Shown: in pieces, positions 56,425-64,000 of the stretch | How positions within the stretch are numbered: position 1 is the stretch's first letter | Layout of the letters: each line of letters begins with the position of its first letter | Assembly (NCBI GenBank): GCA_018971685.1 | Contig: JAGXAG010000001.1 | Location: forward strand, 90,396 to 154,395 | Length of the DNA stretch: 64,000 bases | Direction of reading: 5' to 3' | DNA from: Patescibacteria group bacterium | Lineage (GTDB): Bacteria; Patescibacteriota; Minisyncoccia; Phycocordibacterales; PALSA-1337 | Translations under genes and position numbers: made by a program | The notes under the pieces: model-generated | Told to the model about the DNA's origin: nothing | The model's input: the letters and a program-made list of their open reading frames with translations, nothing else | The model's database searches: none

Positions 56425-57018
56425 ATGAAACCGCAAACTTTCATATTTATCGGCAGGTCGGGCTGCGGCAAAGGCACGCAAGCGGCGCTTTTAGATAAAG
56501 CCTTGAAGAAGCAAACGCCGAAAATGCCGATTGTGCATCTCGAAACCGGCAAATTATTCCGCGATTTCATTCAAGGCAAAAATTATACGCATGAATTGTC
56601 GAAGAAAATTTATGAAAACGGCGGACTGCAACCGGAATTTTTGACGGTGCATCTGTGGTCGGATTTCTTCGCCGAGAATATGAAAGTTGACGCCAACTTG
56701 ATCATCGACGGCACGCCGCGAAAATTGGCCGAAGCTCGAATATTGCATACGGCTTTCGAGTTTTACGGGCGCGGACGGCCGAAGGTGATTTTATTGAATG
56801 TGTCGCGGAAATGGTCGGAAGATAGGATGCTCGAGCGCCATCGCGCCGACGACAACAAGCGCGATATCAAAGCGCGGCTGGATTGGTTCGACACGGAAGT
56901 GGCGCCGACGGTCGAATTCTTCAGGAACAATTCGTTTTATGAATTTTTCGACATTGACGGCGAGCGGGCGATCGAAGCGATTCACAGCGATATTGTGAAA
57001 ACGCTGGATTTGAGGTAA
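56425..57018 (+). CDS. adk: Adenylate kinase
   Basis: FIFIGRSGCGKGTQA P-loop. Confidence 0.85.
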   Translation: MKPQTFIFIGRSGCGKGTQAALLDKALKKQTPKMPIVHLETGKLFRDFIQGKNYTHELSKKIYENGGLQPEFLTVHLWSDFFAENMKVDANLIIDGTPRKLAEARILHTAFEFYGRGRPKVILLNVSRKWSEDRMLERHRADDNKRDIKARLDWFDTEVAPTVEFFRNNSFYEFFDIDGERAIEAIHSDIVKTLDLR

Positions 57019-57024
57019 TTTGAG

Positions 57025-57792
57025 ATGATAACCATCAAAACAAAAGAAGAAATTTCGATCCTGCGCGAAGGAGGCAGGCGGCACGCTGATATATTGAGAA
57101 AATTGGCGGCTATGGTAAAGCCCGGCATAAGCGCCGCGGAATTGAACGACGAGGCGGAAAGATTGATCGCGGAAGGCGGCGACAAGGCGGCGTTCATGAA
57201 TTATCGGCCGAAAGGAGCGAAACGGCCGTATCCGGCCGCTCTGTGCGTGTCGGTGAACGATGAGGTGGTTCACGGCATACCGAACGAATGCGATAAAATC
57301 TTGAAGGAGGGCGACATCGTGAGCATTGACTTGGGTTTGACGCACGAAGGACTGATAACCGATGCGGCGGTGACTGTGCCGGTCGGGCAAATATCGCCGG
57401 CATTGGAACAGCTTTTGCGCGTGACCAAAGAGGCGCTTATGGCCGGCATCAAGGCGGCCAAAGGCGGCAAGAAAACCGGCGATATCGGCGCGGTGGTCGA
57501 ACGGACGGCGGTGCCTTACGGATACGGCATCGTGGAAATATTGGCGGGACACGGGGTCGGCTATGAAGTGCATGAAATGCCGTATGTGCCGAATTTCGGC
57601 GAGCGCGGTTCCGGCGATGTTTTAAAGCCGGGAATGGTAATCGCGATCGAACCGATGTTCAATCTGGGCGGCAAGCGCGTGGTTTTGTCGGACGATGATT
57701 ATACTTACAAGACGGCCGACGGCAGTCCGAGCGCGCATTTCGAACATACGGTGCTTATTACGAAAGGGAATGCGGAGATTTTGACAATGTGA
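57025..57792 (+). CDS. map: Methionine aminopeptidase type I
   Basis: MITIKTKEEISILREGGR...; pita-bread fold metal ligands D..D..H..E..E. Confidence 0.9.
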   Translation: MITIKTKEEISILREGGRRHADILRKLAAMVKPGISAAELNDEAERLIAEGGDKAAFMNYRPKGAKRPYPAALCVSVNDEVVHGIPNECDKILKEGDIVSIDLGLTHEGLITDAAVTVPVGQISPALEQLLRVTKEALMAGIKAAKGGKKTGDIGAVVERTAVPYGYGIVEILAGHGVGYEVHEMPYVPNFGERGSGDVLKPGMVIAIEPMFNLGGKRVVLSDDDYTYKTADGSPSAHFEHTVLITKGNAEILTM

Positions 57793-57793
57793 C

Positions 57794-57941
57794 CGCACCC
57801 GAAGCAAGCGCCGCATTTCCAAGCCGTCAAGACTCGCTCCGTTACAAAGTCCGAGCGAAGATGATATATGAGCGAAGCGATTATACTGCGCTCAAACAGG
57901 TTGCCGGCTTGGAAATACGGCGCTTGCTTCGGGTGCGGCCG
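57794..57941. repeat. Long inverted-repeat (hairpin) element between map and ndk
   Basis: 34-nt arms ccgcacccgaagcaagcgccgcatttccaagccg / cggcttggaaatacggcgcttgcttcgggtgcgg (one mismatch) flank about 80 nt. Confidence 0.85.
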
Positions 57942-57982
57942 AACTCTATAATAGACGCATTACAATTCAAGAAATAAAATCA

Positions 57983-58591
57983 ATGAACACGCACCCAAAG
58001 CACGAGCGCACACTCATCATCGTCAAACCGGATGGCATTCAGAGAGGACTGATCGGCGAAATCATCAACAGGTATGAACGCGTAGGGTTGAAATTGACGG
58101 CGTTAAAAATGATGATACCGACGGCCGAAATGGTGGAAAAACACTATACGCTCGATCCGGAATGGCGTATGAAAACCGGATTGAAATCCATTAAAGGCTA
58201 TACCGACAAAGGCTTGAAACCGCCACACGCCGATCCGTTGAAAGTTACGGAAATTGTATTGGAAAAGTTGAAAGAATATTTGACGAGCGGGCCGGTTATC
58301 GCCATGGTCTGGCAAGGCGCACATGCGGCAGAGATCGTGCGCAAACTGATCGGCGGTACTGAGCCGCGTTCGTCAGATGTCGGCACCATTCGCGGCGATT
58401 TTGTGTTGGATTCTTATGCCATGAGCGACAGCGACGGCCGCGCGGTCAGAAATCTGGTCCACGCTTCCGGTTCAGCCAAAGAAGCCGAAGATGAAATCGC
58501 CCACTGGTTCAAAAAAGAAGAAATATTCGACTACAAACTGCTGGTTGAGCAGATTATTTACGAAAAGGATCTTGACGGTATCCTAGAGTGA
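57983..58591 (+). CDS. ndk: Nucleoside diphosphate kinase (long form with insertion)
   Basis: ERTLIIVKPDGIQRGLIGEIINRYERVGLKL; the catalytic His region sits after an insert. Confidence 0.8.
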   Translation: MNTHPKHERTLIIVKPDGIQRGLIGEIINRYERVGLKLTALKMMIPTAEMVEKHYTLDPEWRMKTGLKSIKGYTDKGLKPPHADPLKVTEIVLEKLKEYLTSGPVIAMVWQGAHAAEIVRKLIGGTEPRSSDVGTIRGDFVLDSYAMSDSDGRAVRNLVHASGSAKEAEDEIAHWFKKEEIFDYKLLVEQIIYEKDLDGILE

Positions 58592-58689
58592 TTTGCCGAT
58601 ATTATTCGGCGTGTGATGGGCCGAGTAATATTTACCGGTCTTGCCGTGATGTCAAACATCGTGTCGGAACTTATTTTTTGCTTGCGTTT

Positions 58690-58892
58690 CATTCAAGGAG
58701 TACTAAAATTAAATCAGGTTGCGGGAGTATAAACCCTATACCAACATATTCGGGAGGCCAATGAATGATTCGCGAGGATCGTTCTGATTCGTAGGCGCTT
58801 AGGCGCTCTATGTGAGGCAACCCACCTGTAGTAAACAGGTTATGGTACTCTCGCAATCGACAAAAAATACCCAGCGGGTATTTTTTGTTTGT
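58690..58892 (+). ncRNA. Candidate structured leader/ncRNA ending in a rho-independent terminator just upstream of a membrane-protein gene
   Basis: About 330 nt without a credible ORF; terminator aaaaaataccc-agc-gggtattttttgtttg at 58862-58895, only 28 nt before the ATG at 58923. Confidence 0.3.
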
Positions 58893-58922
58893 AGGTTTCC
58901 GTGATATCATATTAAACAAGCC

Positions 58923-59315
58923 ATGAAACAAATACGGATATATTCAATCTCGATTTTTATTTTGTGCGCGGTAATGATCGTACATTATTTAGGAATACAC
59001 GGAATGTATGCCAAATATCAACTTTACGATATTATTCCGCATTTGCTGGCGGGATTGGGCGCCGGATTATTTCTTTCAGGTTTTATTGCGGAAAGATCGG
59101 CATCATTCGGCAAGCGCCAAGGATTTATGGTCGTGGCGGCCGTTTTTGCCGTCGCCTTTTGCTGGGAAATATTCGAAATATACACCAATACGGCCGGATA
59201 TGTCTTGTTCACGCCGCAATATTATGCTGATACAGTCAAAGACATAACAATGGGCGTGCTCGGGAGCATAATCGCTGTTTTGGCGGCCAAGAAAATTTTC
59301 GAAGATGAAAGATAG
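58923..59315 (+). CDS. Small integral membrane protein (4 TM), unknown function
   Basis: Hydrophobic helices; no recognisable motif. Confidence 0.4.
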   Translation: MKQIRIYSISIFILCAVMIVHYLGIHGMYAKYQLYDIIPHLLAGLGAGLFLSGFIAERSASFGKRQGFMVVAAVFAVAFCWEIFEIYTNTAGYVLFTPQYYADTVKDITMGVLGSIIAVLAAKKIFEDER

Positions 59316-60690
59316 TCGGCGATTGACATTTTGTTCAGGCGCAGGCACGGTTACCGGCGCAAATTTTTTGCTGGAAGTTTTGAACGGCAAAAAGTTGTTG
59401 GTTGATTGCGGTTTGATCCAAGGTGAACGGTTTGCCGATGAAATAAACCGGCAGAAATTTATCTACGAACCGGCGGCGATAGATGCGCTCTTGGTGACCC
59501 ACGCGCATTTGGACCATGTCGGACGGATACCGAAGTTGGCCAAAGAAGGGTTCAAGGGGCCGATCTATTCGACGCCGCAGACGATGGAGTTGGCGCAGTT
59601 GGTATTGGATGATGCGGTTGGAATATTGGCAAATGAAGCGCGCGATGCCGGCCGCGAACCGCTGTATGGCGAGAAGGAAGTCTCGGCGGTTTGGAATATT
59701 TGGCATACGATAAATTATCACGAGCTTGCAGAAATCGTGCCGGGCGTTTCCGTGTTTTTGAAAGACGCCGGGCACATTTTGGGCTCGGCGATGGTTGAAT
59801 TTACCGTTACTTCCGCCAAATCTGACGGGGATGCGATGAAAATCCTTTTCACCGGCGATCTCGGCAATTCGCCGGCGCCACTTTTGAGAGATACCGAATC
59901 TGTCGGCGATGTTGATTATCTGGTCATGGAGAGTACTTACGGTGACCGCAATCACGAGCCGAAAGAAGAACGCTCGGCCAAATTCGAAACGATCATCAAC
60001 GAAGCCGTGAATCGGGGCGGCACGCTGGTTGTTCCGACTTTTTCGATCGACCGCACGCAGGTATTGCTTTACGAACTGAACAATCTGGTAGAGCAAGGGA
60101 AGATCAGGCCGGTTCCGATATTCTTGGACTCGCCCATGGCGATTGCCGCCACGAAGATTTACAGATCCAACGAAGCGTTATTCAATGACGAAGCGAAAGG
60201 GCAAATCGCCCGCGGCGACGATATCTTCGCGTTTCCGAAATTAGAATTTACTGTCGCTTCACGGGATTCGCGGGAGATAGAGAAACAGTCCGGCCCGAAG
60301 ATTATTCTGGCCGGATCGGGCATGTCGGTCGGCGGCAGGGTAATAGGCCACGAGGTTCACTATCTTCCGGATCCGAAAAGCACTATCCTATTGGTCGGTT
60401 ATCAGTCGACAGGTTCGCTCGGACGAGAATTGGCGGAAGGCGCGAAGAAAGTCCGCATTCACGGAGAAGATGTTCGCGTCAGGGCCCGCATCGAAACCCT
60501 TTACGGTTATTCGGCGCACAAAGACAGCGATCATTTGCTCGAATTTGTCGCGACGGCGTCTGATCGGCTGAAAAAGGTTTTTGTCGTTATGGGCGAACCG
60601 AAAGCGTCGATGTATTTGGCGCAGAGAATTAACGGGGAGTTAAAGGCGGAAGCGATGGCGCCGGAAGTCGGGACGGTTTTCGATCTATGA
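59305..60690 (+). CDS. Beta-CASP family MBL-fold ribonuclease
   Basis: MBL motif LVTHAHLDHVGRIP; beta-CASP and RNA-metabolising MBL C-terminal regions. Confidence 0.75.
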   Translation: MKDSRRLTFCSGAGTVTGANFLLEVLNGKKLLVDCGLIQGERFADEINRQKFIYEPAAIDALLVTHAHLDHVGRIPKLAKEGFKGPIYSTPQTMELAQLVLDDAVGILANEARDAGREPLYGEKEVSAVWNIWHTINYHELAEIVPGVSVFLKDAGHILGSAMVEFTVTSAKSDGDAMKILFTGDLGNSPAPLLRDTESVGDVDYLVMESTYGDRNHEPKEERSAKFETIINEAVNRGGTLVVPTFSIDRTQVLLYELNNLVEQGKIRPVPIFLDSPMAIAATKIYRSNEALFNDEAKGQIARGDDIFAFPKLEFTVASRDSREIEKQSGPKIILAGSGMSVGGRVIGHEVHYLPDPKSTILLVGYQSTGSLGRELAEGAKKVRIHGEDVRVRARIETLYGYSAHKDSDHLLEFVATASDRLKKVFVVMGEPKASMYLAQRINGELKAEAMAPEVGTVFDL

Positions 60691-60779
60691 AAATGGCCCC
60701 AGAGGCGGATCAGATCGTATGCGGCAGAGTCCCTACAACCTAACCCTCCATAACCTCCGGGGCGAAAGGCGAATGTTTA

Positions 60780-61124
60780 TTATTTTACCTCCTTAACCAC
60801 CCTTTTGAAAGCGTCGGAGTTGAACTCGGCCAGATGCGCCAATGATTTTCGGTCGAGGGCGATATTCTTTTTCTTGGCGGCGCCGATGAACTTGCTATAG
60901 GAGAGGCCGAGCGGGCGGAGGGCGGCGTTTATCTTGACATTCCACAATCGTCGGAAATCGCCCTTTTTGTCGCGGCGATGGGCGAAAGCGTAAGCGCCGG
61001 CGTGGGCGAGCGCTTCGTTCGCGGCCCTTTCGGTCTTTGACCGGCGGAAACGGAAACCTTTGGCTTGCTTCAGTACGGATCGGCGATTCTTCAGAGCGTG
61101 GACTGCTTTTTTGACTCGGGACAT
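60780..61124 (-). CDS. rplT: 50S ribosomal protein L20
   Basis: MSRVKKAVHALKNRR... Confidence 0.9.
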   Translation of the reverse strand: MSRVKKAVHALKNRRSVLKQAKGFRFRRSKTERAANEALAHAGAYAFAHRRDKKGDFRRLWNVKINAALRPLGLSYSKFIGAAKKKNIALDRKSLAHLAEFNSDAFKRVVKEVK

Positions 61125-61226
61125 TTTAGTTATTATTTCGTGCTGTCACCACCGCTAATGCGGGGGTCCAGGATTCGGTCCCGGTTTCCCGCTTTCGCGG
61201 GAATGGCATCGCACGGTGTTATTCTG

Positions 61227-61415
61227 TTAAGTGGTTGCTAAAAAACGGCTTTTAATCTTATTATCCATATTCAACATACGCATTCTGTGTTTATTGCCGC
61301 TTACCTTGGTCTTCTCTTTTGCATTGAAATGGTTTTGTCCGGCTTTGCGCGACAAAATTTTGCCCGTACGGGTTATTTTCAAGCGTTTGTTGAATGATTT
61401 GTGGGTTTTGATCAT
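61227..61415 (-). CDS. rpmI: 50S ribosomal protein L35
   Basis: MIKTHKSFNKRLKITRTGK. Confidence 0.85.
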   Translation of the reverse strand: MIKTHKSFNKRLKITRTGKILSRKAGQNHFNAKEKTKVSGNKHRMRMLNMDNKIKSRFLATT

Positions 61416-61469
61416 TTTTTCGTTATCAGGGTTTTCCGTTTTCGCGGAAAGGCATCCTCTATAATTACA

Positions 61470-62018
61470 TTATTTTCTTTCAACCATCACCGTTACGCCC
61501 TTAGGCCCTTTCATCGGTTCCTGTGATACCTTGTATTCGACCGTGATGAGCTTCATGATCCTTTCGAGGCGGCCTTTCAGGAAACTGAAGTCCATATATT
61601 TGGATCGGCCGATCAGGTATAGATCTATTTTGACGCGATCACCGTCGGCGAGCCATCCGGAGACTTTCTTGGCTTTCAATTCGAGATCATGTTCGCCGGT
61701 GCCGATCTTGATCTGAATTGTCCGCAGTTCGCTGGTGCGCGCGCGGGTCTTGGACTCCTTGTCTTTCTTTTTCTCGTCGTAAAGGTACTTGCCGTAATCC
61801 GTTATTTTGGCGACAGGCGGGTTGGCGTTGGGGGAGATCTCTATGAGGTCGAGGCCTCTTTCCTTGGCCTCCGTCAATGCCTTACCCGTAGCCATCACGC
61901 CCAAATTCTCGCCTTCGGCGGTTATGACGCGCAATTCCGGCGCCTTGATTTGATGGTTTATGCGTGCTTTTGCCACGAGGATTACTGTGTATTTATAGCA
62001 TAGGCGGTACTTTGCCAC
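61470..62018 (-). CDS. infC: Translation initiation factor IF-3
   Basis: INHQIKAPELRVI...; the real start is probably the internal GTG near 61976 (IF3 genes commonly use atypical starts). Confidence 0.85.
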   Translation of the reverse strand: MAKYRLCYKYTVILVAKARINHQIKAPELRVITAEGENLGVMATGKALTEAKERGLDLIEISPNANPPVAKITDYGKYLYDEKKKDKESKTRARTSELRTIQIKIGTGEHDLELKAKKVSGWLADGDRVKIDLYLIGRSKYMDFSFLKGRLERIMKLITVEYKVSQEPMKGPKGVTVMVERK

Positions 62019-62280
62019 AATATTGACAAATATCTATTATTGTGGCGAGACTACAACCTCTGTAAAAACAGTTATGACTGAACAACAGATACCCATTTTT
62101 GGGCTGGAAGCACTTTATAAGTCATAGGATTCTGAGAACTTCAACGAAAAACAGGATGTTCAAGAAATTGGCCGAAAACCCGAAAGAAGCTACGCTCGCG
62201 TCATATCTCGGAATGTTGTCGCACGGCAACGCTTATAAGTTGACCAAACGATTCCCGGCGGCGGTCTGAGCAGAATAACA

Positions 62281-63360
62281 CTACAACAACTTCCTCACGA
62301 ACTTGATCAAAAACTCGGGAATTTTCTCAATGAAGAATCGCCGGCGCCACTGGGGCAAGGTCACTTCGCGGCATGACGCAAGGTCTTGAATGAGTTGCTG
62401 TGCTACCGCGCGGGCAAATTCAGGGTCGAAAGAAACAAGATTGGCCTCGAAATTGTAGAGGAGGCTGATGCGGTCCCAATTCATGGAGCCGACCGAAGCC
62501 CATTCATAGTCGACGGCAATCGTCTTGCCGTGCATCATGGCGCCCTGATAGAGGAAAATCCGCGCGCCCGATTCCATCAGGGTATTGAAATACGAACGCG
62601 CTCCCAAGTCCACGGCGTAATAGTCAGACTTTTCCGGCAAAACGATCCGCACATCCACGCCCGCCTCGGCCGCTTTCTTCAAGAGGCGGATCAGCCGGTG
62701 CGTCGGCACGAAGTATGGCGTCGTCAAGTATATATGTTTGCGCGCTTGGCGGATCGCCTGAACCATGGCCGAGTAAACATGGCGGCGGCCCGGCGAAGGA
62801 TAATTGGTGAGGTACCTGAAATCGGCGCCACGATAATGAAGTTTCTTAGCCAAAGGTCTTGAATGCAATGCCCGGTCCCACATGCGGTCGAAAGCGTTCT
62901 CCATTTGCCTGGCGACAGCCCCTTCGACGCGGACATTGGCGTCGCGCCAATCTTTCGTGTGGTCGGAAACGCATATGCTTCCCGTATAGCCGACTTTGCC
63001 GTCGATGGCCAGGGTGCGGCGGTGATTGCGCAGGAACCACGAGCGCAAGCTGGGCAACTTGAAATAGCCCGGGATCAAAGTGCGCCAAAAAAGCAGTTTG
63101 ATACCTTTGGTTTTCAATTCCGCGGCTATGCTTGATCCCCACAAGGTGAAACTGCCGGCGGCATCCCAGAGAAAACGGACTTCTATCCCATGCGCCGCGC
63201 GTTCAGCGCAAACATCGAGCAGTTTCTTGCCAAAATCGTCGTTGACGAAGATGAATTGTTCGAGGGCGATGCTCTTCTCGGCTTTGGCGCAGTCGGCGAG
63301 CATAGCTTCCCAGGCCTCTTCGTTTCGGGAATATAGGGTCCATTTGGTTTCTTGGGACAT
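62281..63360 (-). CDS. Phospholipase D / cardiolipin synthase-like protein with two HKD motifs
   Basis: HRRTLAIDGKVGYTGS and HGKTIAVDYEWASVGSMNWD (HxK(x)4D). Confidence 0.75.
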   Translation of the reverse strand: MSQETKWTLYSRNEEAWEAMLADCAKAEKSIALEQFIFVNDDFGKKLLDVCAERAAHGIEVRFLWDAAGSFTLWGSSIAAELKTKGIKLLFWRTLIPGYFKLPSLRSWFLRNHRRTLAIDGKVGYTGSICVSDHTKDWRDANVRVEGAVARQMENAFDRMWDRALHSRPLAKKLHYRGADFRYLTNYPSPGRRHVYSAMVQAIRQARKHIYLTTPYFVPTHRLIRLLKKAAEAGVDVRIVLPEKSDYYAVDLGARSYFNTLMESGARIFLYQGAMMHGKTIAVDYEWASVGSMNWDRISLLYNFEANLVSFDPEFARAVAQQLIQDLASCREVTLPQWRRRFFIEKIPEFLIKFVRKLL

Positions 63361-63406
63361 GGGGATATTATAGCGGAAATATCGTTTTTGGCGTACGATA
63401 TGTTGG

Positions 63407-63853
63407 ATGACTACCCTGATCGACCACAGAAAGTCAAGGTTCGATTATGAAATCGTCGACACATTCGAGGCCGGCGTCGAACTGCTGGGCCTTGAAGTGA
63501 AATCGCTAAAGAATAAAGCCGGCTCGCTGGACGGTTCTTATGTCATCGTGCGGGGCGGGGAAGCTTACGCGATCAATGTTTTCATACCGCCATATCAGGA
63601 AAAGAATACCCCGGCCGGCTATGATCCGCGCCGCAACCGCCGATTGATATTGACCAAGAATGAGATCAAAAAATTGGCGGCGGTCGACGACGGTAAAAAC
63701 TTGACAATCGTGCCAATTTCCGTGTATACTAAGGGCGATCGAGTCAAAGTCGGCATTGCGATCGTAAGAAGCAAGAAAAAAGTCGACAAGAGGGAAACGA
63801 TCAAAAAACGCGAAGCGGACAGAGATATCGAAAGGGAAATGAAAGGTCGTTGA
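63407..63853 (+). CDS. smpB: SsrA-binding protein SmpB
   Basis: Full-length SmpB pattern (IAENRKARHDYEIL-like DHRKSRFDYEIV...). Confidence 0.9.
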   Translation: MTTLIDHRKSRFDYEIVDTFEAGVELLGLEVKSLKNKAGSLDGSYVIVRGGEAYAINVFIPPYQEKNTPAGYDPRRNRRLILTKNEIKKLAAVDDGKNLTIVPISVYTKGDRVKVGIAIVRSKKKVDKRETIKKREADRDIEREMKGR

Positions 63854-63870
63854 CATAAAATAACATAAGG

Positions 63871-64000
63871 GGATGACAGGCATAGACAATCGCCGGTTTT
63901 CGTTCGTGCGGCGGAAGCAGTATCGACTTCCAAATCCGATGCAAACCCATAAATGCCAAAACCGTTTCTCCGTATTTCGGAGTGAATGATTTCGCATTCG
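63871..64000 (+). ncRNA. ssrA: Possible 5' portion of tmRNA (ssrA), truncated by the window end
   Basis: ggggatgacaggcatagacaa resembles the tmRNA 5' GGGG.UGA..GG.UUCGAC acceptor/T-arm pattern; lies directly downstream of smpB. Confidence 0.25.

Noticed and set aside
58590-58920. Assignment of the ndk-downstream structured region to a specific riboswitch class (fluoride, guanidine-I/II/III, preQ1, ZTP) or to SRP RNA, RNase P RNA or tmRNA
   Set aside because: I could not find the class-defining conserved nucleotides by inspection (no GGAAGCAGCC for SRP, no fluoride GAUGG…CUGAUGA core). It is kept only as an unclassified candidate.
1-64000. CRISPR arrays, rRNA and tRNA genes
   Set aside because: I found no regularly spaced direct repeats and no 16S/23S-like conserved blocks. 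Intergenic regions were scanned by eye for tRNA T-arm (GGTTCGAnnCC) and acceptor features without a convincing hit. A computational scan (tRNAscan-SE/ARAGORN) would be needed to exclude short tRNAs.

Overview
The window is a compact, gene-dense bacterial segment of about 50% GC, dominated by core translation genes. Gene content suggests a Patescibacteria/CPR-like organism (inference): L30 is absent between S5 and L15, S14 is the type-Z form, a type IV pilus gene cluster sits near comEC, a GT39/GT2 glycosylation pair is present, and a DGR is present. From start to end the window holds: a partial pilC followed by three pilin-like genes; tpiA and pgk; a HIT-family gene divergent from recJ; rnhA; comEC; an Fe/Mn SOD; a ComEC-type MBL-like protein; rpmB; an M50 protease; rpsL-rpsG-fusA; a 970-aa beta-helix surface protein; the GT39/GT2 pair; tuf; and then the S10/spc ribosomal operon through secY-adk-map, followed by ndk, a beta-CASP RNase, rplT-rpmI-infC (minus strand), a PLD/cardiolipin-synthase-like gene and smpB. 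Accessory DNA interrupts the ribosomal operon twice. The first block (29.3-43.6 kb, between rplB and rpsS) carries a surface protein, MacAB-like efflux genes (macA-like adaptor, a GH130-like gene, a putative YoeB-like toxin-antitoxin pair, then the ABC ATPase and FtsX-like permease), a ~5.9 kb island bounded by a ~63-bp duplication of the permease 3' end, and an orphan histidine kinase. The island holds a complete diversity-generating retroelement: a target gene with a C-terminal VR, an Avd-like ORF, a TR, and a reverse transcriptase with the IGNLTSQ motif; the TR and VR differ at 19 positions, all at TR adenines. The second block (47.1-52.3 kb, between rplE and rpsN) holds a Pif1-type helicase carrying an in-frame nested palindrome, an FMN reductase, Bro-N/DinD-like and RhuM-like gene remnants, and an unknown two-gene operon of 388 and 76 aa. 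Other features are a duplicated M50 3' end that flanks a HEPN/MNT cassette, a perfect 58-bp palindrome in the HIT/recJ divergent promoter, a second long inverted-repeat element between map and ndk, and candidate structured RNAs upstream of a small membrane-protein gene and after smpB. No rRNA, tRNA or CRISPR array was recognised.
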